Shown in pieces: positions 1 to 8,526 of a stretch of DNA of 64,000 nt. The notes beneath the pieces are model-generated. The model searched no databases, was not told the DNA's origin, and saw only the letters and a list, made by a program, of their open reading frames with translations. The position numbers were made by a program, and so were the translations under genes. Position 1 is the first letter of the stretch, and every line of letters starts with the position of its first letter. Origin of the DNA: Syntrophaceae bacterium (GTDB taxonomy: Bacteria > Desulfobacterota > Syntrophia > Syntrophales > Smithellaceae); the NCBI GenBank assembly GCA_018436925.1, contig JAHDKI010000012.1, positions 4,324 through 68,323 of the forward strand. The letters run 5' to 3'.

Positions 1-216
1 GGTAAACTTCACCAATCGGACAATATCCTCTTCCTTGCGGACATCGCACACGAGCGCCGAGCCGTTCACTTTTGAGGCAACCTCCCGGATGCCCGCCTCG
101 TTGATGTCGGCGGCGACAACGGCTTTGGCGCCTTCTCTGGCAAACCGGTAACACAACTCCCGGCCGATGCCGGAGGCCGCGCCTGTGACCACGACCACTT
201 TCCCTTTAACTTCCAT
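1..216 (-). CDS. short-chain dehydrogenase/reductase, N-terminal part (gene runs off the window edge)
   Basis: Manual minus-strand translation gives MEVKGKVVVVTGAASGIGRELCYRFAREGAKAVVAADINEAG... The TGxxxGIG Rossmann motif is present. ATG at 216-214. Confidence 0.75.
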   Translation of the reverse strand, partial: MEVKGKVVVVTGAASGIGRELCYRFAREGAKAVVAADINEAGIREVASKVNGSALVCDVRKEEDIVRLVKFT

Positions 217-243
217 TTGCGAAATCTCCTTAAACAAAATTGT

Positions 244-278
244 CCCCGCGCTCCTTTTTTTAAAAAAGCAGCGCGGGG
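244..278 (-). terminator. hairpin downstream of the esterase gene (putative terminator)
   Basis: ccccgcgct ... agcgcgggg stem enclosing a T7/A6 palindromic centre, 15 nt past the stop at 293. The T-run lies inside rather than after the stem. Confidence 0.35.
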
Positions 279-292
279 TTACATCCGAAAAA

Positions 293-2050
293 TCAATGCC
301 TGCGGTAGGGCGAGCCGTCCCAGAAAGGCTTCAACTCGTTGTAGCGCGCCTCTTCCTTCAGCGCCGCCTCAACGGCTTCCTGGGTGAGTTCGCTGCGCGA
401 CATGCTGATTTTGGCGTTCTCCAGATCGGCATCCAAAAGCAGCGTTTTGGGGAATACTGAAATATTAGACCAGGGGCTCCATTTGGGCAGGCCCGAGCCC
501 TGGCGGTTCGGATTGCCGGTGCGGGCGAATGTGGACCAGTAATCCATCATCGCATTGGACAGCGCCACCCGGCCCGGCTTGTTCTTCTCGTTGAACACCA
601 CCGCCCCCAGCGAGGCTTTCTCGGTTCCGAAAACGAAATCGATTTCCATCGCATGGCAGGCGCCGAGAATGAAATTCAAAGGCGGGTTCATCACATTATT
701 TTTAAAGCCGCCGGCGCCCCACAAAAACTGATAGGCATAAACAAATGGCTGGCCGGGATTGTCGCGCAGAAGACGCGCCGGATAATCCACCGCCATCACC
801 TTCCATCCGTCGCTTTGGTATTTGTTGACCAGATCGTAAAATTCAATTTTGGCCGGGTCTTTAAATAAGGATCCGTCTTTGCGCCAGCCGTCGAAAAGCG
901 GAAGCGATCGCACAAAGAGCTTTGTTTCTTCTTTGTTGGTGCCCAAGAGGGTCGGCACTTTGTTGTACTGGCCGGTCTGAAAAGCCTGATAGAAGTCCAG
1001 CGGCAGAACCGTCCCGTCGATGAAGCAGGTGGGAATGCGGATCATGCCGGCGGCCGGCCCTTCCGGATAAGCCGAAAGAAATTCCGCTGCGCTTTTGGAC
1101 CGCATATAGGCGTTGATTTCCTTGGCGGACAGGCTTTTGAGTTTTTCGGCCGCCGCCTTCTCATCGGCCGCCGTCTGATCGGCAACCATCATCTTGACCA
1201 AAATGCTGTTGACGTGCGCGGCGCCCACCTCAGGCGAAAAATGGCGAACGACGCCGCTTTGCGAAATCGCTTTGGAAAATAGACCTTTGGCCATAGGCGA
1301 GGTCAGCAAGGCGAACACATTCTGGCCGCCTGCGGATTCCCCCGCGATGGTGACATTGCCGGGGTTGCCGCCGAAATTGCGAATGTTGGCCTGAACCCAT
1401 TTGAGCGCGGCCATCATATCCAGAAGCGCAAAGTTGCCGGAATCGGCCTCAGCATTCCCGGTTTTCAAGACGGGATGATTCCAGAACCCCATGGGCCCCA
1501 GACGATAGTTGAACGTCACGACGATCATTTTTCCTTTATCAGCAAGAATGCCGCCATCCAGCCTCGACAACAGAGGCCACTGAATGCTGTTGCCGCCGCC
1601 GTGGATCCAAAAGAATACCGGCAAATCGGCCGCGCCGCCTTTGGGCGCCCAGATGTTCAGGGTCAGGCAATCTTCATCGCCTACTATCGTCTGCGGGGTT
1701 GCCGGATTCATGTCGTGATCGATATACTGAGGACAGATTTTGCCGAACATTTCCGTCTTGAGCGGTTCGGCGCGTTTGTCCAGCGGCTGCGGTTTTTTCC
1801 ATCTCAGATCGCCCACCGGGGCTTTGGCGTAAGGAATGCCTTTCCAGGAAACGGTATTCGTCGCGGCATTTTCCGTGCCTAAAACGAGGCCGTCCGCGGT
1901 TTCAACAGGACTATATTTGCCGTCCTCGGTAATCGACTTCATACTCGGAGCGCAGCCCGAAAGAGCGGCAAGCATCGCAACCCCGACCACCAGCGCTAAA
2001 AATCCGACTGCATTCGACTTTGAAAAAACCTTTTTCATCTTCAGCATCAT
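293..2050 (-). CDS. carboxylesterase/lipase type B family, probable lipoprotein
   Basis: 585-aa ORF with a GESAGG nucleophile elbow and FWIHGGG oxyanion-type motif. The N-terminal signal has lipobox LSGC. The true start may be an internal Met (MKKVF). Confidence 0.85.
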   Translation of the reverse strand: MMLKMKKVFSKSNAVGFLALVVGVAMLAALSGCAPSMKSITEDGKYSPVETADGLVLGTENAATNTVSWKGIPYAKAPVGDLRWKKPQPLDKRAEPLKTEMFGKICPQYIDHDMNPATPQTIVGDEDCLTLNIWAPKGGAADLPVFFWIHGGGNSIQWPLLSRLDGGILADKGKMIVVTFNYRLGPMGFWNHPVLKTGNAEADSGNFALLDMMAALKWVQANIRNFGGNPGNVTIAGESAGGQNVFALLTSPMAKGLFSKAISQSGVVRHFSPEVGAAHVNSILVKMMVADQTAADEKAAAEKLKSLSAKEINAYMRSKSAAEFLSAYPEGPAAGMIRIPTCFIDGTVLPLDFYQAFQTGQYNKVPTLLGTNKEETKLFVRSLPLFDGWRKDGSLFKDPAKIEFYDLVNKYQSDGWKVMAVDYPARLLRDNPGQPFVYAYQFLWGAGGFKNNVMNPPLNFILGACHAMEIDFVFGTEKASLGAVVFNEKNKPGRVALSNAMMDYWSTFARTGNPNRQGSGLPKWSPWSNISVFPKTLLLDADLENAKISMSRSELTQEAVEAALKEEARYNELKPFWDGSPYRRH

Positions 2051-2114
2051 CCCTGACCCTCCTTATATGAATTGATTTTTTTACGGCAAATCCGCATCCT
2101 CCCCCGATCCGGAG

Positions 2115-2933
2115 CTACTTGCCCAAGGCAAGCTCGCCGGCCCGGCGAACCGCCGCCTCCACCGCGCCGATCAACGTGGCGCGGATTTTCCCCTCTTCCA
2201 GAACCTGTAGTCCGGCGGCGGTGGTGCCGCCCGGAGAGGTCACCATGTTTTTAAGCTGTGCCGGGTGCTGATCGGCCACCTGGCAAAGGCGGGCGGACCC
2301 GAGGACGGTTTGAACGGCAAGTTTTTCGGCCAGGTTCCGCGGCAGCCCCAGTTGAACGCCGGCATCGGCCAGCGCTTCAATGATCACGAAACAATAGGCC
2401 GGACCGCTGCCGCTCAAGCCGGTCACGGCATCCATCAGTTTTTCTTCAACTTCCACAGCCAGACCGACGGAGCCTAAAATCGCCAGGGCATAGCGCGCGT
2501 CGTCGGGTTTGGCATTTTTCCCCCGGGAAACGGCCGCGGCGCCTTCTCCGGCCAGCGCGTTGACATTGGGCATCACTCTCAGGACACGCGCGCCTTTAGG
2601 AAGGCCTTTTTCAATCGCCCCGGTGGTGATTCCGGCGGCGATGGACATAAAGAGCTTCGACGCGGTCGCCGCCGGGCGGATGTCCTGCAGGAGGTCGGGA
2701 AAAATCTGAGGTTTCACGGCCAGAATAACGATATCGGCGTTTTTCACGGCTTTTTTGTTGTCGGAAGACACCGAAACGCGAAGCGTTGAAGCCAGCGTTT
2801 GAAGTCGGTCTTTATCAATATCCGTCACGGTGATGCGATCGGGCGACAGAATTTTCTTGTCGATGACGCCCCGAAGCAGGATGCCTCCCATCTTGCCGCC
2901 GCCCAGCACCGCCAGTTTTTTGTTTGTGAACAT
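2115..2933 (-). CDS. proC: pyrroline-5-carboxylate reductase
   Basis: The ORF has an LAVLGGGKMGG dinucleotide fold and the ProC C-terminal dimerisation region (SPGGTT). Start moved to Met14 (MFTNKKLAVLG). Synteny with yggT/yggU. Confidence 0.9.
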   Translation of the reverse strand: MFTNKKLAVLGGGKMGGILLRGVIDKKILSPDRITVTDIDKDRLQTLASTLRVSVSSDNKKAVKNADIVILAVKPQIFPDLLQDIRPAATASKLFMSIAAGITTGAIEKGLPKGARVLRVMPNVNALAGEGAAAVSRGKNAKPDDARYALAILGSVGLAVEVEEKLMDAVTGLSGSGPAYCFVIIEALADAGVQLGLPRNLAEKLAVQTVLGSARLCQVADQHPAQLKNMVTSPGGTTAAGLQVLEEGKIRATLIGAVEAAVRRAGELALGK

Positions 2934-3045
2934 CGAGCCGTCCCTCCCCCGGATAGTGGAAATTACATGCACTTTTTAGCCGCGTCCTGTCAACACAAAA
3001 CATGCCCTCCCTCGCGCTTGCGTCCTTGTATAAACTTTCACTTTT

Positions 3046-3873
3046 ATGGTAGTCAGCCGAAACCATCGGGGTGATGTCGATATGCTGAAAGATTTTTCAA
3101 CAAAGTCAGGCAGGATTTCCTGCTGGATCAATCCGCATGATTTCGGCGCCCGCGGACAAAGCCTGGTCTTGATTCCCGGCTCGGGAAGCAACTCATCGGT
3201 GTGGTCGCGCCAGTACGCCAAACTTCACGGACGCTTCAACATCGCGGCGGTCAATCTGCCGGGGCACGGCCGCTCGCGCGGACCGGGAGCCGCTTCGGTT
3301 TTCGACTACGTTTTATGCCTCGAAAACATCCTCGGCGCGCTTGAACTTGAAAAACCCGTTTTGGTCGGCCATTCCCTGGGCGCGGCCATCGCGCTGCTTT
3401 TTGCCGCCACCTGTCCGGAGGCGCTTTCCGGCGTCGTATCCATCGGCGGCGGGTTGAAGATGCCGGTCAATCCGATGATTCTGGAAGGCTTGTCCGCCAA
3501 TCCGTCCGGCACGAAGGAGCTGATCGCCAAATTCTCCATCGCCCCGGCCAATCGGCCGAAAATGCTGCCCGCCATCCAAAAAAGTCTCGATCAGGTCGCA
3601 GCCGACGTTCTTCTGGGCGACCTGACCGCGTGCAGCCGCCTGGACCTGCGCGGACGTCTGGGGGCCATCCGCGTTCCGATTCTGGCCGTCTGCGGCGCTG
3701 AAGACAAAATGACGCCGGTGGCGTCGTCGCAAGATCTTGTCGCAAACGCGGCCGACGCCGAGTTGCTCGTTGTCGAAAACGCCGGACATATGGCAATGAT
3801 AGAAGAGCCCGCCATCGTCAACAAAGCCATTTGCGCGTTTGCCGCAAAGCTGATAAAGGAAACGCCATCGTGA
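3046..3873 (+). CDS. alpha/beta-fold hydrolase
   Basis: 275-aa ORF with a GHSLGA nucleophile elbow and a C-terminal GHM motif. The start could be Met13 (3082). Confidence 0.75.
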   Translation: MVVSRNHRGDVDMLKDFSTKSGRISCWINPHDFGARGQSLVLIPGSGSNSSVWSRQYAKLHGRFNIAAVNLPGHGRSRGPGAASVFDYVLCLENILGALELEKPVLVGHSLGAAIALLFAATCPEALSGVVSIGGGLKMPVNPMILEGLSANPSGTKELIAKFSIAPANRPKMLPAIQKSLDQVAADVLLGDLTACSRLDLRGRLGAIRVPILAVCGAEDKMTPVASSQDLVANAADAELLVVENAGHMAMIEEPAIVNKAICAFAAKLIKETPS

Positions 3874-3899
3874 AATTTGAGTAAACGGAGGTTTTTTTC

Positions 3900-4202
3900 A
3901 TGCTTGCCGCCGGAGCCGGTAATTTCATCATCGCGGTCGCAAAAATTCTTGATATCGCGCTGACGGTCTATTTCTGGATCATTATCATCCGGGCGCTGAT
4001 TTCCTGGGTGAATCCCGACCCCTATAATCAGATCGTCATTTTCCTGCACCGGGTCACCGAACCGGTGCTTGCGCCCATCCGTAGGCGGATTCCCCGGCAC
4101 AACCTGCCGATCGATTTTTCCCCGCTCGTCGTCTTGCTGGTCATCCTCTTTCTGCAGTACTTTCTGGTCCAGACGCTGATCGACCTGGCCCGCAGCCTGT
4201 AG
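3900..4202 (+). CDS. yggT: YggT family membrane protein
   Basis: 100-aa hydrophobic ORF with a WVNPDPYN-type YggT signature, adjacent to proC and DUF167. Confidence 0.8.
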   Translation: MLAAGAGNFIIAVAKILDIALTVYFWIIIIRALISWVNPDPYNQIVIFLHRVTEPVLAPIRRRIPRHNLPIDFSPLVVLLVILFLQYFLVQTLIDLARSL

Positions 4203-4214
4203 GGCGGAAAGGCT

Positions 4215-4568
4215 TTGCAGTTGACAACCTCGCTTGCCATCCGAAGCACGAAAAAAGGCCTTTGCTTTGACATCCACGTCAACCCGCACGCCTCCCGCGC
4301 GGAGATTTCAGGCGTCGCCGACGGCGCGCTGAAAGTGCGCGTCACCGTGCCGCCGGTTGAAGGCGCGGCCAATCAAGCGGTCATCGCGCTTCTGGCAAAG
4401 ACTCTGGGATTGAAAAAAAGCCAGCTTGCGCTCGCGGCAGGCGCCCAGAGCCGCAGGAAAACCATTCTGGCGAGCGGCCTTAGCGCGGCGGAGCTGGAAA
4501 ACAAAGTGAAAAAACTGACGCAGCCCGAAACCCGCCCGGCGGCCAAACCGGGAACGGATCAACGATGA
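4215..4568 (+). CDS. yggU: DUF167 (YggU) family protein
   Basis: Contains HVNPHASRAEI...LKVRVTVPPVEGAAN, typical of DUF167. Conserved proC-yggT-yggU neighbourhood. Confidence 0.75.
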   Translation: MQLTTSLAIRSTKKGLCFDIHVNPHASRAEISGVADGALKVRVTVPPVEGAANQAVIALLAKTLGLKKSQLALAAGAQSRRKTILASGLSAAELENKVKKLTQPETRPAAKPGTDQR

Positions 4569-6157
4569 TGCAGACGCCGGAACAAACCCCATCGGAAAAC
4601 ACCCGCGTCGCCCGGGCCGCGGGCATCGTCAGCGCCGCCACGATGATCAGCCGCGTCACGGGTCTGGCGCGCGACACGGTCATTGCCGCTTTTTTCGGCG
4701 CGGGCTGGATCACTGACGCCTTCTGGGTCGCCTACCGGATACCCAACCTGCTTCGGCGTTTTCTGGCGGAAGGCGCTCTAACCATTTCTTTTGTCCCCAT
4801 CTTTACGCAATATCTGGAAACAAAAGGCCGCAAGGACGCGCTCGAACTGGCCTACAATGTTTTCACCCTTTTATCGATCGTGGCCGCGGGCGTCTGCGTT
4901 TTGGGGATTGTCTTTTCCCCGGTGATTGTCTCGCTGATCGGACCGGGTTTTGAACGCGGCTCGGAAAGCTTCGCCCTGGCGGTTTTCTTAAACCGCCTCA
5001 TGTTTCCGTATCTGTTTTTCATCTCTTTGTCCGCCTTGTCCATGGGCATTCTGAACGCTTTCCGGCATTTCACCACGCCGGCGCTGTCGCCGGTTTTGCT
5101 CAACGCCGCCATTATCGCCTGTTCATTTTTCCTGAAAGATCTTTTCCCTCAACCGATCACCGCCCTGGCCATCGGCGTGGTGATCGGCGGCGTTTTGCAG
5201 CTGGCCATCCAATACCCTTACTTGTTGCGATTCGGCGTGCGGCTTCAGTTCCGGTTTAACTGGACGCATCCCGGCATGAAACAGATTGGCCTGCTTTTCC
5301 TTCCGGCGGTCTTCAGCGGCGCGATCAACACCATCAACGTCTTTGTGGGCACGGTTCTGGCAACCCTGCAGCCCGCGGGCTCCGTCACGTATCTTTTTTA
5401 CGCCGACCGGATCATGGAGCTCCCGCTGGGCGTTTTTGCCATCGCTGTGGGCACGGCGACGCTGCCGAGTTTTTCCAGACATGCGGCCACGGGGAATATC
5501 GCCGAACTCAAATCCAGCATCGCTTTTTCCCTGAGAATCACCCTGTTTTTAATTATTCCGGCGATGGCCGCGCTTCTGGCGCTGAGTCTGCCGATTATTT
5601 CAGTCATCTTTCAGCGCGGCGCTTTTGATGTGCGCGCCACAGTGCTGACCGCTCAGGCGCTGTTTTGCTATTCGGTCGGACTTTGGGCTTTTTCCATTGC
5701 GCGGGTCTTTATTTCCACATTTTATTCCCTCCAGGATTCCAAGTGGCCGATGCGGGGGGCGCTTGTCGCTTTTGCGGTCAATCTGGCGGCCAGCCTGATT
5801 CTGATGGGCCCTCTCAAACACAACGGCCTGGCGCTGGCCAATTCGCTTTCCGCAATGATCCATGTCGCCGTGCTCGTCTTCGTCCTCAGAAGAAAAATCG
5901 GCTCTTTTGTCGATCGGGCCTTTTGGCGCTCGGTGGCCAAAATGATCGCTGCAGCTCTGGCCATGCTTGCGTCGATCGGCCTGGTTCATTGGCGCTTCCC
6001 CTGGAATACCGAGGCGGATTTTGCGGCGCGTCTGGCCTTCCTGCTCGTCGCTGTCACACTGGGCGCCGTCGTTTATTTTCTGAGCGCCTATCTGCTGAAA
6101 AGTTCGGAAATTCACGCTCTCGTCAACCTGGTCAAAAAGCGTTTAAACCGTGCCTGA
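4565..6157 (+). CDS. murJ: lipid II flippase MurJ/MviN
   Basis: 530-aa polytopic ORF with the N-terminus AAGIVSAATMISRVTGLARD..AFFGAG characteristic of MurJ. ATGA overlap with the preceding gene. Confidence 0.9.
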   Translation: MMQTPEQTPSENTRVARAAGIVSAATMISRVTGLARDTVIAAFFGAGWITDAFWVAYRIPNLLRRFLAEGALTISFVPIFTQYLETKGRKDALELAYNVFTLLSIVAAGVCVLGIVFSPVIVSLIGPGFERGSESFALAVFLNRLMFPYLFFISLSALSMGILNAFRHFTTPALSPVLLNAAIIACSFFLKDLFPQPITALAIGVVIGGVLQLAIQYPYLLRFGVRLQFRFNWTHPGMKQIGLLFLPAVFSGAINTINVFVGTVLATLQPAGSVTYLFYADRIMELPLGVFAIAVGTATLPSFSRHAATGNIAELKSSIAFSLRITLFLIIPAMAALLALSLPIISVIFQRGAFDVRATVLTAQALFCYSVGLWAFSIARVFISTFYSLQDSKWPMRGALVAFAVNLAASLILMGPLKHNGLALANSLSAMIHVAVLVFVLRRKIGSFVDRAFWRSVAKMIAAALAMLASIGLVHWRFPWNTEADFAARLAFLLVAVTLGAVVYFLSAYLLKSSEIHALVNLVKKRLNRA

Positions 6158-6259
6158 ACGGACTTTGCCGGACATTCCCATTGACTTCACCCGTCCAAAA
6201 TGATAGGAACGTCCAACTTTTAAGTGTTGAAGAAAACACGGATTGCCGGGTTTGCAAAC

Positions 6260-7534
6260 ATGCTGGACATCAAATTTCTAAGACAAAACATTGATTTTGT
6301 GCGAGTCAAAATGGACGAACGGGGCCAGAAGATCGATTTCGACCGGTTTTTGGCCCTCGACGCGAAAAGACGGGATCTTCTTCAAGCTGTGGAAACCTTG
6401 CGCAACGAGCGCAACAGCGTGTCCAAACAGGTGGGGGAACTCAAAAAGAAAAAAGAAGACGCCTCCGAACTCATTGCCAAAATGGGCGATGTCTCGGCCA
6501 AGATCAAGGAATACGACGACACGCTGCGTGTTACCGAAGAAGAACTAAACGCCTTTGTCATGATCGTGCCGAATGTTCAGCACGAATCCGTGCCGCAAGG
6601 AACGGGATCCGAAGACAATCCGGTGGTGCGCACCTGGGGCGAAAAACCGGCCTTCACCTTTGAGCCCAAACAGCATTTCGACCTGGGAGAAGCTCTGGGC
6701 ATCCTCGATTTCGCGCGCGGCGCGAAGATCACCGGCGCGCGCTTTACGCTCTATCGCGGCGCGGGGGCCGCTCTTGAGCGGGCGATTTTCAATTTCATGC
6801 TGGATCTGCACACCACCGAGCACGGCTACACGGAAGTCCTCACGCCGTTTATGGTCAATGCCGACAGCATGACCGGCACCGGTCAGCTGCCGAAATTCAA
6901 GGAAGACCTTTTCAAAATCGAGGGTCTGGAATACTACCTGATCCCAACGGCGGAAGTTCCGGTCACCAACATTTACCGGGATGAAATTCTCGATGAAGAG
7001 ATGCTGCCGGTGTATTATGTGGCCTATTCCCCGTGTTTCCGGGCGGAAGCCGGCTCCTACGGCAAGGACACGCGCGGCCTGATTCGCCAGCATCAGTTCA
7101 ACAAAGTTGAAATGGTCAAGTTCGCCAGGCCGGAAACCTCTTACGACGAACTGGAAAAACTTACCGCCAATGCGGAAGAAGTGCTCAAACGACTGGGCAT
7201 TCCCTTCCGCACGGTCTGTCTGTGTTCGGGAGACCTGGGGTTTTCGTCCGCCAAAACTTACGACGTGGAAGCCTGGATGCCCGGTCAGGATACGTACCGG
7301 GAAATTTCCTCGTGCAGCAACTTCGAGGACTTTCAGGCCAGGCGCGCCGCGATCCGATTCCGGCGCAAAGACACAGGCAAAACCGAATTCGTGCACACAC
7401 TCAACGGCTCCGGCCTCGCAGTCGGCCGAACCGTGGTGGCGGTCCTTGAAAATTATCAGCAGGCCGACGGCAGCGTGATCATTCCGGAGGCGCTGCGACC
7501 GTACATGAGAGGCCTTGAACGGATTACGCCGTAG
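6260..7534 (+). CDS. serS: serine--tRNA ligase
   Basis: Starts [10 protein letters not shown], with a coiled-coil arm and class II motifs ([33 protein letters not shown]). Start moved to Met13 of the ORF. Confidence 0.95.
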   Translation: MLDIKFLRQNIDFVRVKMDERGQKIDFDRFLALDAKRRDLLQAVETLRNERNSVSKQVGELKKKKEDASELIAKMGDVSAKIKEYDDTLRVTEEELNAFVMIVPNVQHESVPQGTGSEDNPVVRTWGEKPAFTFEPKQHFDLGEALGILDFARGAKITGARFTLYRGAGAALERAIFNFMLDLHTTEHGYTEVLTPFMVNADSMTGTGQLPKFKEDLFKIEGLEYYLIPTAEVPVTNIYRDEILDEEMLPVYYVAYSPCFRAEAGSYGKDTRGLIRQHQFNKVEMVKFARPETSYDELEKLTANAEEVLKRLGIPFRTVCLCSGDLGFSSAKTYDVEAWMPGQDTYREISSCSNFEDFQARRAAIRFRRKDTGKTEFVHTLNGSGLAVGRTVVAVLENYQQADGSVIIPEALRPYMRGLERITP

Positions 7535-7726
7535 AACTTTCCCTGTCTTGCCGGATGACATCCGGCCTCCAGGCATCTACCCTGCATCCCATAGGCAGAT
7601 TGAAAAGCCTGCGGGGAACCCGTTTTTAGAATGCCCGATTCGGGCTGGACGCTTTTCCCGGAAAAGCGGAGCCTAAATGACAAACACGGAATCATTTTCC
7701 GCTTTGAGATAAGCTGCGGAAAAACC

Positions 7727-7813
7727 GGCGGGATGGCCGAGTGGTCGAAGGCGGCGGTCTTGACCCGGCATACGCCGGGCGCCCGAAAAACAGGGCGAAA
7801 CCGTTTATTGGTC
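7727..7813 (+). pseudogene. interrupted and truncated tRNA-Ser(TGA)-like copy
   Basis: 7727-7763 matches 8091-8127 of the intact tRNA at 36/37 positions and ends at the anticodon. A 34-nt double-hairpin insert (7764-7797) follows, then aaaccgtt..ggtc, which resembles the anticodon-stem 3' strand and variable arm. There is no T arm or acceptor 3' strand. Confidence 0.75.
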
Positions 7814-7820
7814 TTTGAAA

Positions 7821-8075
7821 ATGCATTATGTTTACATATTGCAAAGCGAGCTGGATAAGGAACTATACGTCGGCATGACGGGAGACCTGAAGCGGCGTTA
7901 CCTGGAACATCAGAGGGGAAATGTTGAAGCGACAAAACGTCGTTTACCCATGAAACTTCTCTGCTATGAAGCATATTTAACAAAAGCGGAAGCAATGCGT
8001 CGGGAAAAATTCCTCAAAAGCAGCGACGGAAGGAAAGATATTCGGAAAAGAATCATCGAAAGCATGATTCAGTAA
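7821..8075 (+). CDS. GIY-YIG (URI-domain) nuclease family protein, YhbQ/COG2827-like
   Basis: The sequence MHYVYILQS...LYVGMTGDLKRRYLEHQRG carries GIY-(10 aa)-YVG and an RR..EH motif. It is visibly AT-richer than its surroundings. The ATG at 7821 lies 6 nt inside the TTG-initiated ORF of the track. Confidence 0.8.
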   Translation: MHYVYILQSELDKELYVGMTGDLKRRYLEHQRGNVEATKRRLPMKLLCYEAYLTKAEAMRREKFLKSSDGRKDIRKRIIESMIQ

Positions 8076-8090
8076 AATTGTAAAGTATCA

Positions 8091-8176
8091 GGAGGGATGG
8101 CCGAGTGGTCGAAGGCGGCGGTCTTGAAAACCGTTGACCGAAAGGTCCGCGGGTTCGAATCCTGCTCCCTCCGCCA
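8091..8176 (+). tRNA. tRNA-Ser (anticodon TGA)
   Basis: Hand-folded cloverleaf with acceptor ggaggga/tccctcc, anticodon loop cttgaaa, a 14-nt variable arm, T arm gcggg-ttcgaat-cctgc and an encoded CCA. Confidence 0.9.
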
Positions 8177-8268
8177 AAAAACTACCCGTGGTTCATAGAA
8201 AGACCGCGGGTTTGGAGGGCAAAGCCCGAAACCCGGCGCATGCCGGGCGAATCCTGCTCCCTCCGCCA
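8177..8268 (+). pseudogene. tRNA-Ser(TGA) 3'-half copy 1 with 35-nt T-loop insert
   Basis: Starts right after the CCA of the tRNA. Order is aaaac.., diverged variable region, ccgcgggtt, 35-nt insert (8213-8247), then cgaatcctgctccctccgcca, which is identical to the tRNA 3' end. Confidence 0.8.
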
Positions 8269-8362
8269 AAAAAAACTACCCGTGGTTCATAGAAAGACCG
8301 CGGGTTTGGAGGGCAAAGCCCGAAACCCGGCGCATGCCGGGCGAATCCTTCTCCCTCCGCCA
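8269..8362 (+). pseudogene. tRNA-Ser(TGA) 3'-half copy 2 with 35-nt T-loop insert
   Basis: Tandem repeat of the previous unit, with two extra A at the start and one G-to-T change in the T stem. Insert at 8307-8341. Confidence 0.8.
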
Positions 8363-8431
8363 GATAATTTTGACTTACGTCTTGAATTATCGGACGTCTT
8401 GTTTTAAAGATACAAGCCTTAACCGGCAAGC

Positions 8432-8526
8432 GGAGAGATGGCTGAGTGGCCGAAAGCGATCGCCTGCTAAGCGATTGTACGCCCTTTAAAGGTGTACCGC
8501 GGGTTCGAATCCCGCTCTCTCCGCCA
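8432..8526 (+). tRNA. tRNA-Ser (anticodon GCT)
   Basis: Hand-folded cloverleaf with acceptor ggagaga/tctctcc, anticodon loop ctgctaa, a 23-nt variable arm, T arm gcggg-ttcgaat-cccgc and an encoded CCA. Confidence 0.9.

Noticed and set aside
6545-7576. 343-aa minus-strand ORF antisense to serS. Similar cases are 11302-12615, 18914-20053, 8960-9865 and 35288-36355.
   Set aside because: Each overlaps a confidently recognised gene on the other strand or frame and has a biased Arg/Gly/Pro composition without family motifs.
7764-8126. Group I intron with a GIY-YIG homing endonuclease inside the tRNA-Ser anticodon loop
   Set aside because: The downstream tRNA is complete from its own acceptor 5' strand at 8091, so no splicing is needed. 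The putative intron would have to end in a second copy of the 5' exon, and I could not recognise a P3-P9 core. A covariance-model scan should still be run.
8213-8247. Possible hammerhead-type ribozyme because of hairpin-CGAAAC in the 35-nt insert
   Set aside because: The CUGAUGA box and a suitable stem I/III arrangement are absent. Only the GAAAC pentamer matches.
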